A stretch of DNA of 64,000 nt from Gemmatimonadota bacterium (GTDB taxonomy: Bacteria > Gemmatimonadota > Gemmatimonadetes > Longimicrobiales > Gaopeijiaceae), in the NCBI GenBank assembly GCA_034521595.1, contig JAXHMG010000003.1, forward strand, positions 1,920,001-1,984,000. Reading direction: 5' to 3'. A program made the position numbers and the translations under genes. Every line of letters begins with the position of its first letter. Position 1 is the stretch's first letter. Positions 21,341 to 34,334 of this stretch are shown in pieces. The notes beneath the pieces are model-generated. The model was not told where the DNA came from, did not search any database, and was given only the letters and a program-made list of their open reading frames with translations.

Positions 21341-22630
21341 ATGACGAAGACGACGACGGAGACGATGACGATGGCCACGACCGCCGCCGCCTCCGACGCA
21401 CGCATCGGGCGCATGGATCGGATCGCGATGCTCTACGCCGAGATCACGGCCGCGACCCGGGCGTTCCTGGCCGCGCTCGCCGAGAGCGACCGGCTCGAGG
21501 ACTGGGCCGCGGAAGGGTTCACGTCGTGTGCCGAATGGCTGACCTGGCGCCTCGGCATCACCCGCAACACGGCCAACGAGAAGGTGCGTGTGGCGCGTGC
21601 GCTCGAAGCGTTGCCGGCGACCGCCGAAGCCATGGCTCGAGGCGAGCTCTCGTTCAGCAAGGTGCGGGCGCTGACCCGCGTCGCGACCCCGGAGAGCGAG
21701 GCCGAGCTCCTCACCTACGCACGAGCCGTCTCGGCGGGCGGTCTCGAGCGGTTCGTGCGGAGTTGGCGGGAGATCGACGGCGAGGACGAAGCGGCCCGCG
21801 AACGGAGGCTCCACGCCCGGCGCGCGCTCTCGGTCTTCCCCGACGAGACCGGGATGTACGTCGTGCGCGGTCGCCTGACGCCGGAAGTCGGGGCGGCGCT
21901 CATGCGTGCGATCGAAGCGGCGAGCGACGGGCTCTACCAGGAGGAACGCGATAGGGAACGCGAAGGCGAACGCGAGGCCTCGGACGCGTTCGAGCGCGAA
22001 GAGGAGGACCGGCGCGAGGCCGCCCGTCGCCGAGCTGACGCCGTCGGGCTGATCGCCGAACGGGCGCTCGCGGCCGGGATCGGCATCGAACAGGGGAAAG
22101 ACGCCACGCCCGACCTCCCGCTCAGCGGCTCCCGGGCGGAACGCTACCAGGTGATGCTCCATCTCCGCGCGGACGCCGGCGCAGAGGACCGGCACGCGGC
22201 CGCCCACCTCGACGACGGCACACCAGTTACCGCGGTAACTGCGCGGCAGTTGGCCTGTGACGCCGCGCGGGTCGACGTCACGCACGGATCCGACGGTGCC
22301 GTGCTGGGCGTCGGACGGCGGACCCGAACCGTGCCTCCCTCGATCCGGCGAGCGCTCGAAGTCCGGGACGGTGGGTGCCGCTTCCCCGGTTGCGGCTCGC
22401 GATTCACCGACGCGCATCATGTCGTGCACTGGGCCGACGGGGGCGAGACCAACCTCCGGAACCTCGTACTCCTCTGCCGCCGGCATCACCGGCACGTGCA
22501 CCGAGGCGGCGTAACGGTCGCGATCGACCGTGACCAGCAGGTGGTCTTCTTCACTCCCGATGGACACGCGATGTCGGATGGCGGACAGATGGGGGCGTGG
22601 GAAGCGGTGGACCCCTTGGACGCGGCATGA
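21341..22630 (+). CDS. DUF222 plus HNH endonuclease protein (REP13E12-like)
   Basis: GELSFSKVRALTR, ARQLACDA, RDGGCRFPGC...HHVVHWADGGETNLRNLVLLCRRHH. Confidence 0.9.
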   Translation: MTKTTTETMTMATTAAASDARIGRMDRIAMLYAEITAATRAFLAALAESDRLEDWAAEGFTSCAEWLTWRLGITRNTANEKVRVARALEALPATAEAMARGELSFSKVRALTRVATPESEAELLTYARAVSAGGLERFVRSWREIDGEDEAARERRLHARRALSVFPDETGMYVVRGRLTPEVGAALMRAIEAASDGLYQEERDREREGEREASDAFEREEEDRREAARRRADAVGLIAERALAAGIGIEQGKDATPDLPLSGSRAERYQVMLHLRADAGAEDRHAAAHLDDGTPVTAVTARQLACDAARVDVTHGSDGAVLGVGRRTRTVPPSIRRALEVRDGGCRFPGCGSRFTDAHHVVHWADGGETNLRNLVLLCRRHHRHVHRGGVTVAIDRDQQVVFFTPDGHAMSDGGQMGAWEAVDPLDAA

Positions 22631-22641
22631 AGAGCGTCGCC

Positions 22642-23757
<1,116 letters not shown>

Positions 23758-23909
23758 GTCGCGCTCCCGAGGTGGAAGGGATCAAGGACACCGGCTGTCC
23801 GGACCGTCGTGAGAAGGTACCGATCGGAGCGTGCGAACCATACATTAACCCATTGCTCCGAGCCGCATGCCTGCGCAAGGGAGCGTCTCTTCTTCCGGCC
23901 CCGCTTTCC

Positions 23910-25406
23910 ATGCCTCACAGCCATCCCGTCATTCCCGTCATCATGTGCGGAGGCTCCGGCACCCGCCTCTGGCCGCTCTCCCGCTCCGCGGCGCCGAAGC
24001 AGTTCGTGCCGCTCGTGGACGAGAGCAGCCTGCTCCGGGAAACCTGCCGACGGGTCGCTCCTCACGCCGGGGACCACTGGATCGCAGTGGCCAACGTCGA
24101 TCACCGCTTCCTCGTCGCCGAGCAGCTCCGGGCCGAGGGCATCGACGACGCCTCGATCATCCTCGAGCCCGTCGCCAGGAACACCGCGCCCGCCATCGCC
24201 GTGGCCGCGCTCGAAGCGCTCGCCAAAGGCCCGGGGGGGCTGAACGGCCTCGAGCCCGACATCGACCCCGTCCTCCTCGTCCTCCCGTCCGACCACGTCA
24301 TCCGGGACCGCGAAGCGTTCGGTGACGCCCTCGCCCACGCCGTCACGGCCGCCGCCGAGGGCGCGTTGGTCACCTTCGGAGTCGTGCCCACCGGGCCGTC
24401 GACCGGGTACGGCTACATCCGGGCGGGCGAAGGCAGCGCGGACGCCGCCGGGGCGGGCCGAGCCGACGAGGCCGAGGCGCAGCCCGTCCGCCCCGTCGCC
24501 GAGTTCGTCGAAAAGCCCGACGCCGACACGGCTTCCCGGTACCTCGCATCCGGCGACTACTACTGGAACAGCGGCATGTTCGTGTTCCGGGCCGGCCGCT
24601 ACCTCGAAGAGCTCGAACGGTACCGCCCGGAGATGCTCGCGCGAGCCCGCGCGGCGTTCGAAGCGCGCCATGCCGAAGCCGACTTCGTGGAGCTCGCCGA
24701 CGAGCCGTTCCGGGAGATCGCCGGTGAGTCCATCGACTACGCGGTCATGGAGCATACCGACCGCGCCGTCGTGGTCGGGCTCGACGCCGACTGGAGCGAC
24801 GTCGGATCGTGGGACGCGCTCTGGGACATGGCGGACAAGGACGACCACGGCAACGCGACCTCCGGCGACGTCGTCACCGCCGACACGCGCGGCTCCTACC
24901 TCCGCGGCGACGGGCGCCGACTGCTGGCCGCCGTCGGTCTCGAGGACACCGTGGTCGTCGACACGCCCGACGCGGTCCTCGTCGCGCCCCGCGCCCGCGC
25001 ACAGGACGTCAAAGCCATCGTCGAGCAGCTCAAGGCCGCCGACCGCGAGGAGGCCGAGCTCCCGGCCCGGGTGCTCCGGCCCTGGGGCGACTACGAGAGC
25101 CTCGACGTCGGAACGACGTACCAGGTCAAGCGGATCACCGTGAAGCCCGGCGCCAAGCTCTCCATCCAGAAGCACAGGCACCGCGCCGAGCACTGGACCG
25201 TCGTCGAAGGAACCGCGCGCGTGCTCCGTGACGACGAGACGTTCGATCTCGAGGAAAACCAGTCGTGCTTCCTTCCGCTCGGCTGCGTGCACCGGCTCGA
25301 GAACCCCGGCACCGAGCCGCTCGTCCTCATCGAGGTGCAGCACGGCGACTACCTCGGCGAGGACGACATCATCCGGTTCGAGGACGAGTACGGCCGGGTG
25401 GGCTAG
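23910..25406 (+). CDS. manC: Mannose-1-phosphate guanylyltransferase/mannose-6-phosphate isomerase
   Basis: GGSGTRLWPLSR, EFVEKP, WSDVGSW, RPWG, HRAEHW. Confidence 0.95.
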   Translation: MPHSHPVIPVIMCGGSGTRLWPLSRSAAPKQFVPLVDESSLLRETCRRVAPHAGDHWIAVANVDHRFLVAEQLRAEGIDDASIILEPVARNTAPAIAVAALEALAKGPGGLNGLEPDIDPVLLVLPSDHVIRDREAFGDALAHAVTAAAEGALVTFGVVPTGPSTGYGYIRAGEGSADAAGAGRADEAEAQPVRPVAEFVEKPDADTASRYLASGDYYWNSGMFVFRAGRYLEELERYRPEMLARARAAFEARHAEADFVELADEPFREIAGESIDYAVMEHTDRAVVVGLDADWSDVGSWDALWDMADKDDHGNATSGDVVTADTRGSYLRGDGRRLLAAVGLEDTVVVDTPDAVLVAPRARAQDVKAIVEQLKAADREEAELPARVLRPWGDYESLDVGTTYQVKRITVKPGAKLSIQKHRHRAEHWTVVEGTARVLRDDETFDLEENQSCFLPLGCVHRLENPGTEPLVLIEVQHGDYLGEDDIIRFEDEYGRVG

Positions 25407-25430
25407 CCTGTCGCGACTCGGAACGTGTCG

Positions 25431-25811
25431 TCAGAGCCGCCCCAGCCTCAGCCCCTCCACACGCTCGAAGTGCGCTCGGTTCCGGGTAAGAAGAGCCGCC
25501 GACCGTGACAGACAGGTCCCCGCGATCAGGTAGTCGGCCATCCCGATCGGGCTCCCTCGTGCTTCGAGGTCCCGCCGGATGGACGCGGCACGGTCCGAAG
25601 CGGCAGCGTCCAGCGGGAGGACGGTCATCGCATCCAGCAAAGTGCGGACCCGTGCGAGCGCCCCCTCCGTACGGGCACCGCTGAGCAGCTCGAACGCCGT
25701 GACGGCCGTCGTCGCCAGGACCCCGGAAGCCAGCTCCTCGGAAATCCGCCCTGCCACACGCTCCTGGCCGCGCAGGGCGTCGATGAGAACATCCGAATCC
25801 GCAACGATCAA
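25431..25811 (-). CDS. vapC: VapC-family PIN toxin
   Basis: DSDVLID, FELL, DYLIAGT, LLTRNRAHF. Confidence 0.92.
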   Translation of the reverse strand: MIVADSDVLIDALRGQERVAGRISEELASGVLATTAVTAFELLSGARTEGALARVRTLLDAMTVLPLDAAASDRAASIRRDLEARGSPIGMADYLIAGTCLSRSAALLTRNRAHFERVEGLRLGRL

Positions 25812-26047
25812 CGCCAGCGCTCCCGGAGCCGCCGAATGGACTCCCGAAGCTCGTCGGCCTCGGTGTCTTCCAGGCTCCCGAGCACCGCCTGCGCCTCATC
25901 GACGCGACGGCTCCGATCCTCATCTTCGTCGAAATAGCGCCGTAGCGCCTCTTCGACCACGGAGGAAAACCCCCGCTCGCCCCTGCGCGCAGCCGCTTCG
26001 AGCAGCTTTGCACGCATGTCGTCGGACAGCTCGACCGTAGTTCTCAT
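25808..26047 (-). CDS. RHH antitoxin (VapB-like)
   Basis: MRTTVELSD N-terminus; 4-nt overlap with the PIN gene. Confidence 0.85.
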   Translation of the reverse strand: MRTTVELSDDMRAKLLEAAARRGERGFSSVVEEALRRYFDEDEDRSRRVDEAQAVLGSLEDTEADELRESIRRLRERWR

Positions 26048-26082
26048 GCCCAATGCATATATGGCATGCACATGCATGTCAA
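26048..26082 (-). promoter_or_regulatory. vapBC promoter/operator
   Basis: Perfect TTGACA at 26082-26077 followed by overlapping ATGCAT/GCATGC palindromes just upstream of the ATG. Confidence 0.55.
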
Positions 26083-26187
26083 TACGCACTCACCGTCATC
26101 GTCACACCCACCTGTCGCGATCCGCCCGCGCGCCGTATTCTGCCGGACCGGAGCTCAACCCCGTGTTTCAGGAGATCAGGAGATCAC

Positions 26188-27117
26188 ATGAAGACGAAGG
26201 TCATGGTCCTGGCGACCACGCTCGCGCTCGCCGCCACCGCGTGCTCCCAGGACGCCGCCCGGGACGCGGCCGCGGCCGACGACGGCCCCACCCCCGAGGA
26301 GATCGCGGAGCGAGCCGCCGAGCGACAGGCTGAGCTCGACGCACAGGAGCGGCCCATCGAAGCGCTCAACAGCGTCTGGCTCGAAGAGCTCACCTGGATG
26401 GAGATCCGGGACGCCATTCGGAACGGGAGCACCACCGCGCTCATCCTGACCGGCGGCGTGGAGTCGAACGGGCCCTACCTCGCCTCCGGCAAGCACAACT
26501 ACTCCAACCAGCTCCTGGGCGAATCCGTGGCGCGCGCGCTCGGCAACACCCTCGTCGCACCGCTCGTCACGCTCGAGCCCGGCCGGCCGAGCGGTCCCGT
26601 GACCGTCGGCAACACCGGCCCCATGGTCTCGCAGGACACCTATATCCGCTGGCTGATCGACATGGGGGACAGCCTGCGCGGCATGGGCTTCACCGAGATC
26701 TACTACCTCGGCGACAGCGGCGGTAATCTGCGCGGCATGCAGGCCGCCGCCGACTCGCTGAACGCCCGCTACGGCGGCTCACCCGCCGTCTTCCACCATG
26801 TGGAAGAGTTCTACAACCACGAGCAGGTGCGCCGGTGGATCCAGGAGGATCTGGGCATCCCCGAAGAGCTCGAGTACACGGCGAGCCGGGGCTCGGACGG
26901 AATCCACGACGAGCTGTCGATCTCCTCGGTCATGGCGGCGCTCGACCCCACGACCATCCGGTTCGAGCAGCGCGTCGACGCCGGCCTCGCCTCCATCAAC
27001 GGCATCGACCTCGAGCCGCTCGAAGAGACCCGGGAGCTCGGCCGGCAGGTGGTGGACTTCCGGACGGACCTCACGGTCGAGGCCATCGAGGCGTTCCGGG
27101 CGGAACAGGGGCTCTGA
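26188..27117 (+). CDS. Creatininase-family lipoprotein
   Basis: Lipobox ATAC, LEELTWMEIRD, GGVESNGPYL, DSGGN. Confidence 0.85.
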   Translation: MKTKVMVLATTLALAATACSQDAARDAAAADDGPTPEEIAERAAERQAELDAQERPIEALNSVWLEELTWMEIRDAIRNGSTTALILTGGVESNGPYLASGKHNYSNQLLGESVARALGNTLVAPLVTLEPGRPSGPVTVGNTGPMVSQDTYIRWLIDMGDSLRGMGFTEIYYLGDSGGNLRGMQAAADSLNARYGGSPAVFHHVEEFYNHEQVRRWIQEDLGIPEELEYTASRGSDGIHDELSISSVMAALDPTTIRFEQRVDAGLASINGIDLEPLEETRELGRQVVDFRTDLTVEAIEAFRAEQGL

Positions 27118-27124
27118 GCAGCCC

Positions 27125-27682
27125 TCAGGTCCCGAACCGCATCCCCATCTGGTAGAATCGACGAGCGCGGCGCGCGATCTCCGCACGCTCAGGAGCAACA
27201 TACCCCAGAAGATGGTCGCCTAGCCGAACGGCCTTTCTGGCGAAATGCTTGGTGCTGAACAGTAGGAACGAACCCATGGCAACCAGTCGGTCATTCGCGA
27301 CGATCATGTCCACGAAAGCCAGGAACGTCTCCCCGGTGAGCGTCTTCACTGCGGGGCTCGATCCAGCGACTTCCTGTAATACGTCATCGTCATTGGAAAT
27401 CGTGCGGTTCTCCAACTGGCTCGTCATCGTCAGCATGTCCCTCATACGCAGCTTGCCACTGTTTCTGATGCCGACATTCACGGCGAACATAAGAAACTCG
27501 TAGACCTTCGAATCGGGGGCGAGTTCCCCATCGACAGCCATGCTCTGGAGCCGGTCGCGAATGGCGTGAAAGCGAAACGCTTTCTCGCGTATGCTCAGAT
27601 TCTTCGCAGTGTGCCGTAGGGCGAGGCGCTGGAGTGAAAGGGCAAGGGCAAGGGCGATCAGGGCGACGATCACGCTCGTCAT
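27125..27682 (-). CDS. Hypothetical protein with N-terminal membrane anchor
   Basis: GAGGGAGGT RBS; hydrophobic N-terminus; codon usage atypical of host. Confidence 0.7.
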   Translation of the reverse strand: MTSVIVALIALALALSLQRLALRHTAKNLSIREKAFRFHAIRDRLQSMAVDGELAPDSKVYEFLMFAVNVGIRNSGKLRMRDMLTMTSQLENRTISNDDDVLQEVAGSSPAVKTLTGETFLAFVDMIVANDRLVAMGSFLLFSTKHFARKAVRLGDHLLGYVAPERAEIARRARRFYQMGMRFGT

Positions 27683-27695
27683 GCAGCCACCTCCC

Positions 27696-27980
27696 TCAGT
27701 TGGTGTCGTCCTCGGAGCCGTTCCTCGGCTTGGACGAGGCTCGGAGTTGGTCGATTGCTGGTACCGCCGTGGACGACGGCTGTTCTCCCAAGACATGCGC
27801 CAACAGCTTGTCGTGGACCTTGCTCATTCTCTCGATCTCGCCCACGTAAGCTTTTTCATGCCGATCCAGGAGTTTACTTATCCAGCGCGATTGCCACCAG
27901 ATAAAGCCCAGCAGTATCCCGACTACGGGCCCGTAGTCCTTCAGAATCTCCAAGAACACCTGCACGTTCAGAGCTTGCAT
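27696..27980 (-). CDS. Small single-TM hypothetical protein
   Basis: YGPVVGILLGFIWW TM followed by a charged helix; 13 bp upstream of the partner gene. Confidence 0.65.
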   Translation of the reverse strand: MQALNVQVFLEILKDYGPVVGILLGFIWWQSRWISKLLDRHEKAYVGEIERMSKVHDKLLAHVLGEQPSSTAVPAIDQLRASSKPRNGSEDDTN

Positions 27981-28098
27981 CCCCGGTAGCACCCCGTGAC
28001 GTCATGGCTATTCCTACGACGGTGCGGTCTCCCGGAAATTCTCCCCACCTTCCGGGCGATGCGATGTCCCTACGAGACGGGACCCGCGCTCGCCACCC

Positions 28099-30126
<2,028 letters not shown>

Positions 30127-30347
30127 AGTCAACGAAGCGCTACCCGGGGTTGGTGCACGGTATGGAGCGGCCCATCGGGCCATGTCGCCGGCCCGGAGGC
30201 CCGACGAAACTCCCCATGATCCCCGCATGGAGACCGTAAGTTCCGGAGGCCGTCCGAAGCATGTGCCAGCGTCCGTCCTTGACCCCCGCGCGAAACAGTA
30301 CGCATGATAGTGGTGATTCCATGCGCACAGCTCAAGCAGAGGGTCCC

Positions 30348-30593
30348 ATGGCGAAGAAGCGTCTGAACATCACGGTCGAGCCCGAGATCTTCGAGCGAGC
30401 CCGGCGGTACTCGGACCTCCACGGCACGAGCATCTCCCGGCTCGTGGGCGAGTTCCTGGCGAGGCTTCCGGAGGTCGAAGACGCGGAGCCTCGGGAACTC
30501 CCTCCGACCGTGCGACGGCTCCTGGGCGTCGCGAAGGGCGGGCCGGACCGCGAGGACTACCGCCGCCACCTCATCGAGAAGCACGGCGCGTGA
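30348..30593 (+). CDS. DUF6364-like antitoxin
   Basis: [23 protein letters not shown]; 4-nt overlap with a PIN gene. Confidence 0.8.
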   Translation: MAKKRLNITVEPEIFERARRYSDLHGTSISRLVGEFLARLPEVEDAEPRELPPTVRRLLGVAKGGPDREDYRRHLIEKHGA

Positions 30594-30997
30594 GGGTCCT
30601 CCTCGACATCAACGTGCTGCTGGACGTGGTCCTGGCGCGCACGCCCTGGCATCTGGCGAGTGCCCGGGTCCTGGCCGCGGTGGAGCATGATCGGTTGGAG
30701 GGATGCGTGGCGGGACACACGCTGCCGACCATTCACTACGTGGTCATGAAGAGCCGGGGCCGTGACGCGGCGGCCGCTGCCGTCACGGATTTCCTCGGCC
30801 TCGTCGACGTCATCCCCGTGGAGACCGCCGATTTTCAGCGGGCCCTAGTACTGCCGATCGACGACTTCGAGGACGCGGTCCAAGCCGCCGCGGGGCTCAG
30901 GGCCGATGTCGAGCACATCGTAACGCGGAACGAGCGCGACTTCGCGAGCGGCCCAGTGCCACCCATCCGGCCCGAGGAGCTGCTGGCGGTGTTGTAG
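30590..30997 (+). CDS. PIN-domain toxin
   Basis: LLDINVLLD, DFEDAVQ, IVTRNERDF. Confidence 0.9.
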   Translation: MRVLLDINVLLDVVLARTPWHLASARVLAAVEHDRLEGCVAGHTLPTIHYVVMKSRGRDAAAAAVTDFLGLVDVIPVETADFQRALVLPIDDFEDAVQAAAGLRADVEHIVTRNERDFASGPVPPIRPEELLAVL

Positions 30998-31076
30998 TTC
31001 GATGGAGCGAGACGGGGCCATCCTGTCACCTAGGTTTCCGACCCCGGAGTGCGGGGGGATGGTGGGATGAGCTGTG

Positions 31077-31295
31077 TTACGAAGCGCGTCGAGGATCCCG
31101 CACGGACTTCGCCAGGGCGCGAAGAGCCTCGTTCAGCGCCTTCGCGTCGGAAAATACTTCAGCTACATCGGGATCCAACACGACGACATTGCTTCCCCGT
31201 GCGCAACGCTCCGCGTATTTCCCACGGACTCCACCGCTGAAGTCGTATTCGTCGCAGAGGTCCGACGCGGCTCCGGATTCAGGTTTCTCGCTCAT
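31077..31295 (-). CDS. BrnA-like antitoxin
   Basis: EYDFSGGVRGKYA, LDPDVAEVF...NEALR; overlaps brnT. Confidence 0.82.
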   Translation of the reverse strand: MSEKPESGAASDLCDEYDFSGGVRGKYAERCARGSNVVVLDPDVAEVFSDAKALNEALRALAKSVRDPRRAS

Positions 31296-31557
31296 AGGAT
31301 CGGCGCTCGGCATTCGTGGCCGAACGGGCGCTAATGATACGGATCGAATCTTCCGCCTCGGCGTGCGCCACAACGACGAGACGACCCCTGTAACTTAACC
31401 CCATGAGGACGAATCGTGCCTCACCGAGTGAGCGCATCGGGTCTGGAATCGTCAGCGACAACGGGTCCGAAAACGCAGTGGCGGCCTCCGGGAAGGTGAT
31501 GCCATGCTTCTTGGCATTCGACGCGGCCTTCGCTGGATCCCAATCGAACCGCAGCAA
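31279..31557 (-). CDS. brnT: BrnT family toxin
   Basis: FDWDPAKAASNAKKHGITF, IRIISAR. Confidence 0.93.
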   Translation of the reverse strand: MLRFDWDPAKAASNAKKHGITFPEAATAFSDPLSLTIPDPMRSLGEARFVLMGLSYRGRLVVVAHAEAEDSIRIISARSATNAERRSYERET

Positions 31558-31689
31558 TCAGGAGACTCTCGGCAAAGGTGTTCATCGACAGCACGACGTC
31601 ACGTCCTGGTAACCTGCGAGGAGGACGACTGCAACCAACCTGTCAGCGAATTCCCGCTACCGCCATGAATGGATGAGCCGTTCCTCAGC

Positions 31690-32037
31690 TCACGCGAGCT
31701 CCAACACCAGCCTGAGCCCCGCGTCCACCTCCGCCATGGCCCGGCTCGACACCATCCTCGCCTTCTCCACCAGGTAGTCCTCGTCCAAAGTCACGACCTG
31801 AGTCACGTTCGCTACGGAGTCCTTCGGGAGACCCGAATCGCCGGCCGTGACCAGCACGTTCCCCGGCGCGGCGAGCAGGCGCGTGTTGGACGTGAGCACG
31901 ACGCAGAGCACGGTTCGCAGCTTACTTCGGTTGAATGCATCCGCTTGGACGACGAGCACGGGACGTCGGTATCCCGGGCCCGAGCCGCGAGGCTCATCGA
32001 GCTCCGCCCACCAGACCTCGCCGCGCGCGACTACCAA
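31690..32037 (-). CDS. mazF: PemK/MazF toxin
   Basis: RGEVWWA, GYRRPVLVVQADAFN, GLPKDSVANV. Confidence 0.93.
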   Translation of the reverse strand: MVVARGEVWWAELDEPRGSGPGYRRPVLVVQADAFNRSKLRTVLCVVLTSNTRLLAAPGNVLVTAGDSGLPKDSVANVTQVVTLDEDYLVEKARMVSSRAMAEVDAGLRLVLELA

Positions 32038-32267
32038 TCCGGCGAGCCGACGCTTCGGGCCTGTGCGGTGCGAACGGCCGGATCGAGCCCACTGGCTTCG
32101 TCGCCGTACACCTCGTTCAGACGCGCCGTGATGTCCTCGTTCCGGTGTTTGGCCACGTACTCCGCCACCGCTCGCGCGTACAGCTCGCTCCGGGACAGCC
32201 CGAGCCGATCCGCCACCTCGTCCGCCGCCTCGTAGATCTCGTCAGGGACCGATATCGCAATCTTCAT
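32031..32267 (-). CDS. RHH antitoxin (MazE6/ChpI-like)
   Basis: MKIAISVPD, SRSELY, ITARLNEVY; overlaps mazF. Confidence 0.88.
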   Translation of the reverse strand: MKIAISVPDEIYEAADEVADRLGLSRSELYARAVAEYVAKHRNEDITARLNEVYGDEASGLDPAVRTAQARSVGSPDW

Positions 32268-32329
32268 ACTTATATCATACTATTGTCACACCCGCGTCGC
32301 CAATGCTCATGCCGCCGTATCCTACCCCC

Positions 32330-32530
32330 CGCTGCTCCAACATGAAGGCCACCGCCTGCCGGGGCGTGACCGGACCCATGGGATGGTGCTCGTCCTCGTA
32401 GTGCTCGACCAGCACGGACAGGAACTCGAGGCGGTCGTAGCCCTCGGAACCCGCTTGCACGTCGGCATCGAGAAGTCGCTCGATCTCCCCGAGGGCAGCC
32501 TCGTACTCGCCCTCGTCCCGGAGCTCGTGA
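32330..32530 (-). pseudogene. HigA-type antitoxin fragment (C-terminal HTH missing)
   Basis: EYEAALGEIERLLD...RLEFLSVLVEHYEDEH...FMLEQRG, then similarity stops. Confidence 0.75.
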
Positions 32531-32636
32531 GGGGACTGATACGCTCGTCCCTTGGCCCGGCGTGTCAATCGATGCACCAGGCCCCACCGCGCGTCTGCAC
32601 CTCTGCCTCCAACAAGCCGGGAGCCATCTCCAGGGA

Positions 32637-33815
32637 CTACGGGTTGTCGTACATGAAGCGAACGACAGCATCAGCCACGAACAGCTTGTTCTTGGACCGC
32701 CCGGTCGCCTCACGAAGCACACCGGCGTCCTCCAGCTTGTGGACGCTGTACGCCGCGGTCTGGTGACTCGTGTCCAGCACGTTCGCCGCATGCTTGATCG
32801 AAATGACCGGTGTATGAAATAGGCGGTCGATCAAGTGGATGACACGAGCGGAAGCGCCTTCCGCTTGGAAACGGCCGCGATACTCCTGGCGCTTCGCGAC
32901 CAGCGCGACCGTGCGGTCCACGGCTTCCTGTGCGGCCGTATCCACGCCGAGCAGGAAGAAGTTCAACCACTCGGTCCAAGATCCTCGTTGGCTGACGGCC
33001 AACAGCAGGTCTACGTATTCGTCGCGGTGGCGTGCAAAGTACGAGCTCATGTACAGCATGGGGGCGTCGAGCCGCCCGTGCCCACACATCAAGAGCGGGA
33101 TCATGAGCCGTCCGATACGCCCGTTGCCGTCGCGAAACGGGTGGATGGCTTCGAATTGGTAATGGATGAACGCGAGTTGGATGAGGAGAGGTGTGGACTC
33201 CTCGGTTTGCTCCTGATTGATGTAGCGCTCCAATGCAGCAAGAGCAGCGTGCATCTGAATCGGGGGCGGAGGGACGAAGCGGGCTTCCCCGATGGGGTCT
33301 GCTCGATTGCCGATCCAGTTTTGGCTCTCGCGAAACTCCCCCGGCCTGTCACGCTCGCCGCGCACATCCGTGAGGAGGATCTCGTGAAGTTTCTTGATGA
33401 CAGAAAGCGTGAGCGGTTCTTGGCGAATGATATCGAGGCCCTTCTCCATGGCACGGACATAGTTGGCCACTTCTTTCGTGTCGTGGTCCGCCGTCTGCTG
33501 CTCACCGCCAGAGTCTCTCTCATCCGCCTCCAGGAGGAGCAACCGCTCCGGCGTGGTGATGGTGCCCTCGATCCGGCTGGACAGGATCGCTTCCCTGCGC
33601 AGGAGCGGAGAGGAGACCAAATACGGACTGAACTCGGACCCGCTGGACATGCCTTGGAGACGCCCAACCGATGCGGCGGCTCTCGCCAGACGCCGAATGG
33701 TTGAATCCTCCAACCCGAAATCCGTGGGTATTGGACCGGGAACGAACGCGAGTGCTTTTTCAATCGTCGGAGCCAACTGACCCGGGGCGTCGTCGGAAAA
33801 GTCGGAAGCCTTCAA
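32637..33815 (-). CDS. Fic family protein (Fic_N/class II-like)
   Basis: HPFRDGNGRIGR catalytic motif, SSRIEG inhibitory motif, C-terminal wHTH-like region. Confidence 0.93.
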   Translation of the reverse strand: MKASDFSDDAPGQLAPTIEKALAFVPGPIPTDFGLEDSTIRRLARAAASVGRLQGMSSGSEFSPYLVSSPLLRREAILSSRIEGTITTPERLLLLEADERDSGGEQQTADHDTKEVANYVRAMEKGLDIIRQEPLTLSVIKKLHEILLTDVRGERDRPGEFRESQNWIGNRADPIGEARFVPPPPIQMHAALAALERYINQEQTEESTPLLIQLAFIHYQFEAIHPFRDGNGRIGRLMIPLLMCGHGRLDAPMLYMSSYFARHRDEYVDLLLAVSQRGSWTEWLNFFLLGVDTAAQEAVDRTVALVAKRQEYRGRFQAEGASARVIHLIDRLFHTPVISIKHAANVLDTSHQTAAYSVHKLEDAGVLREATGRSKNKLFVADAVVRFMYDNP

Positions 33816-33933
33816 GAGAGTGTCCTAGGTTTTTTGGAACCCGAGCTGGAAGAACAAAAAGATACCCCGATATTTTGTACTAGATCCCACTTCCTCGGAT
33901 CTTTTTGGATTGGAACCGAAGACACACCGTAAG

Positions 33934-34011
33934 GTAGTGCTCGAGCAACACGGACAGGAGCTCGAGGCGGCCATACTTCGCCGGTACTTGTTGCCGCCGA
34001 TATTGAAGACC
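33934..34011 (-). pseudogene. Fused higB/higA micro-fragments
   Basis: Minus strand encodes VFNIGGNKYR (HigB signature) joined to KYGRLELLSVLLEHY (HigA). Confidence 0.7.
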
Positions 34012-34112
34012 GATCGAGATATGTCGGAGGCTCGTCGCCGTAGCGATCCTGATCACGGGCGCCCTTTGGGTTGTTGTTCCCCGAACCGACGAGTCGCATT
34101 ACAATGTATGAC

Positions 34113-34334
34113 ATGAAGACTTCGGCACTGACCATTCGGCTGGACCCCGATCTCGAGGCGCAACTGGACCGCGCAGCCAAGCGGGCCGGGCGCACGCGTA
34201 GCGAGTTCGTACGCGACGCGCTCCGGCGACAGATCGCCCTCGCCGAGTTCGAGAACCTCCGACGGCGCGTCATGCCTTTCGCCGAGGCCCAGGGATATCT
34301 GACGGATGAGGACGTCTTCCACGACGTCTCGTGA
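34113..34334 (+). CDS. CopG/RHH antitoxin
   Basis: LTIRLD, RSEFVRDALRR, GYLTDEDVF; TACAATGTA palindrome just upstream. Confidence 0.85.
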   Translation: MKTSALTIRLDPDLEAQLDRAAKRAGRTRSEFVRDALRRQIALAEFENLRRRVMPFAEAQGYLTDEDVFHDVS

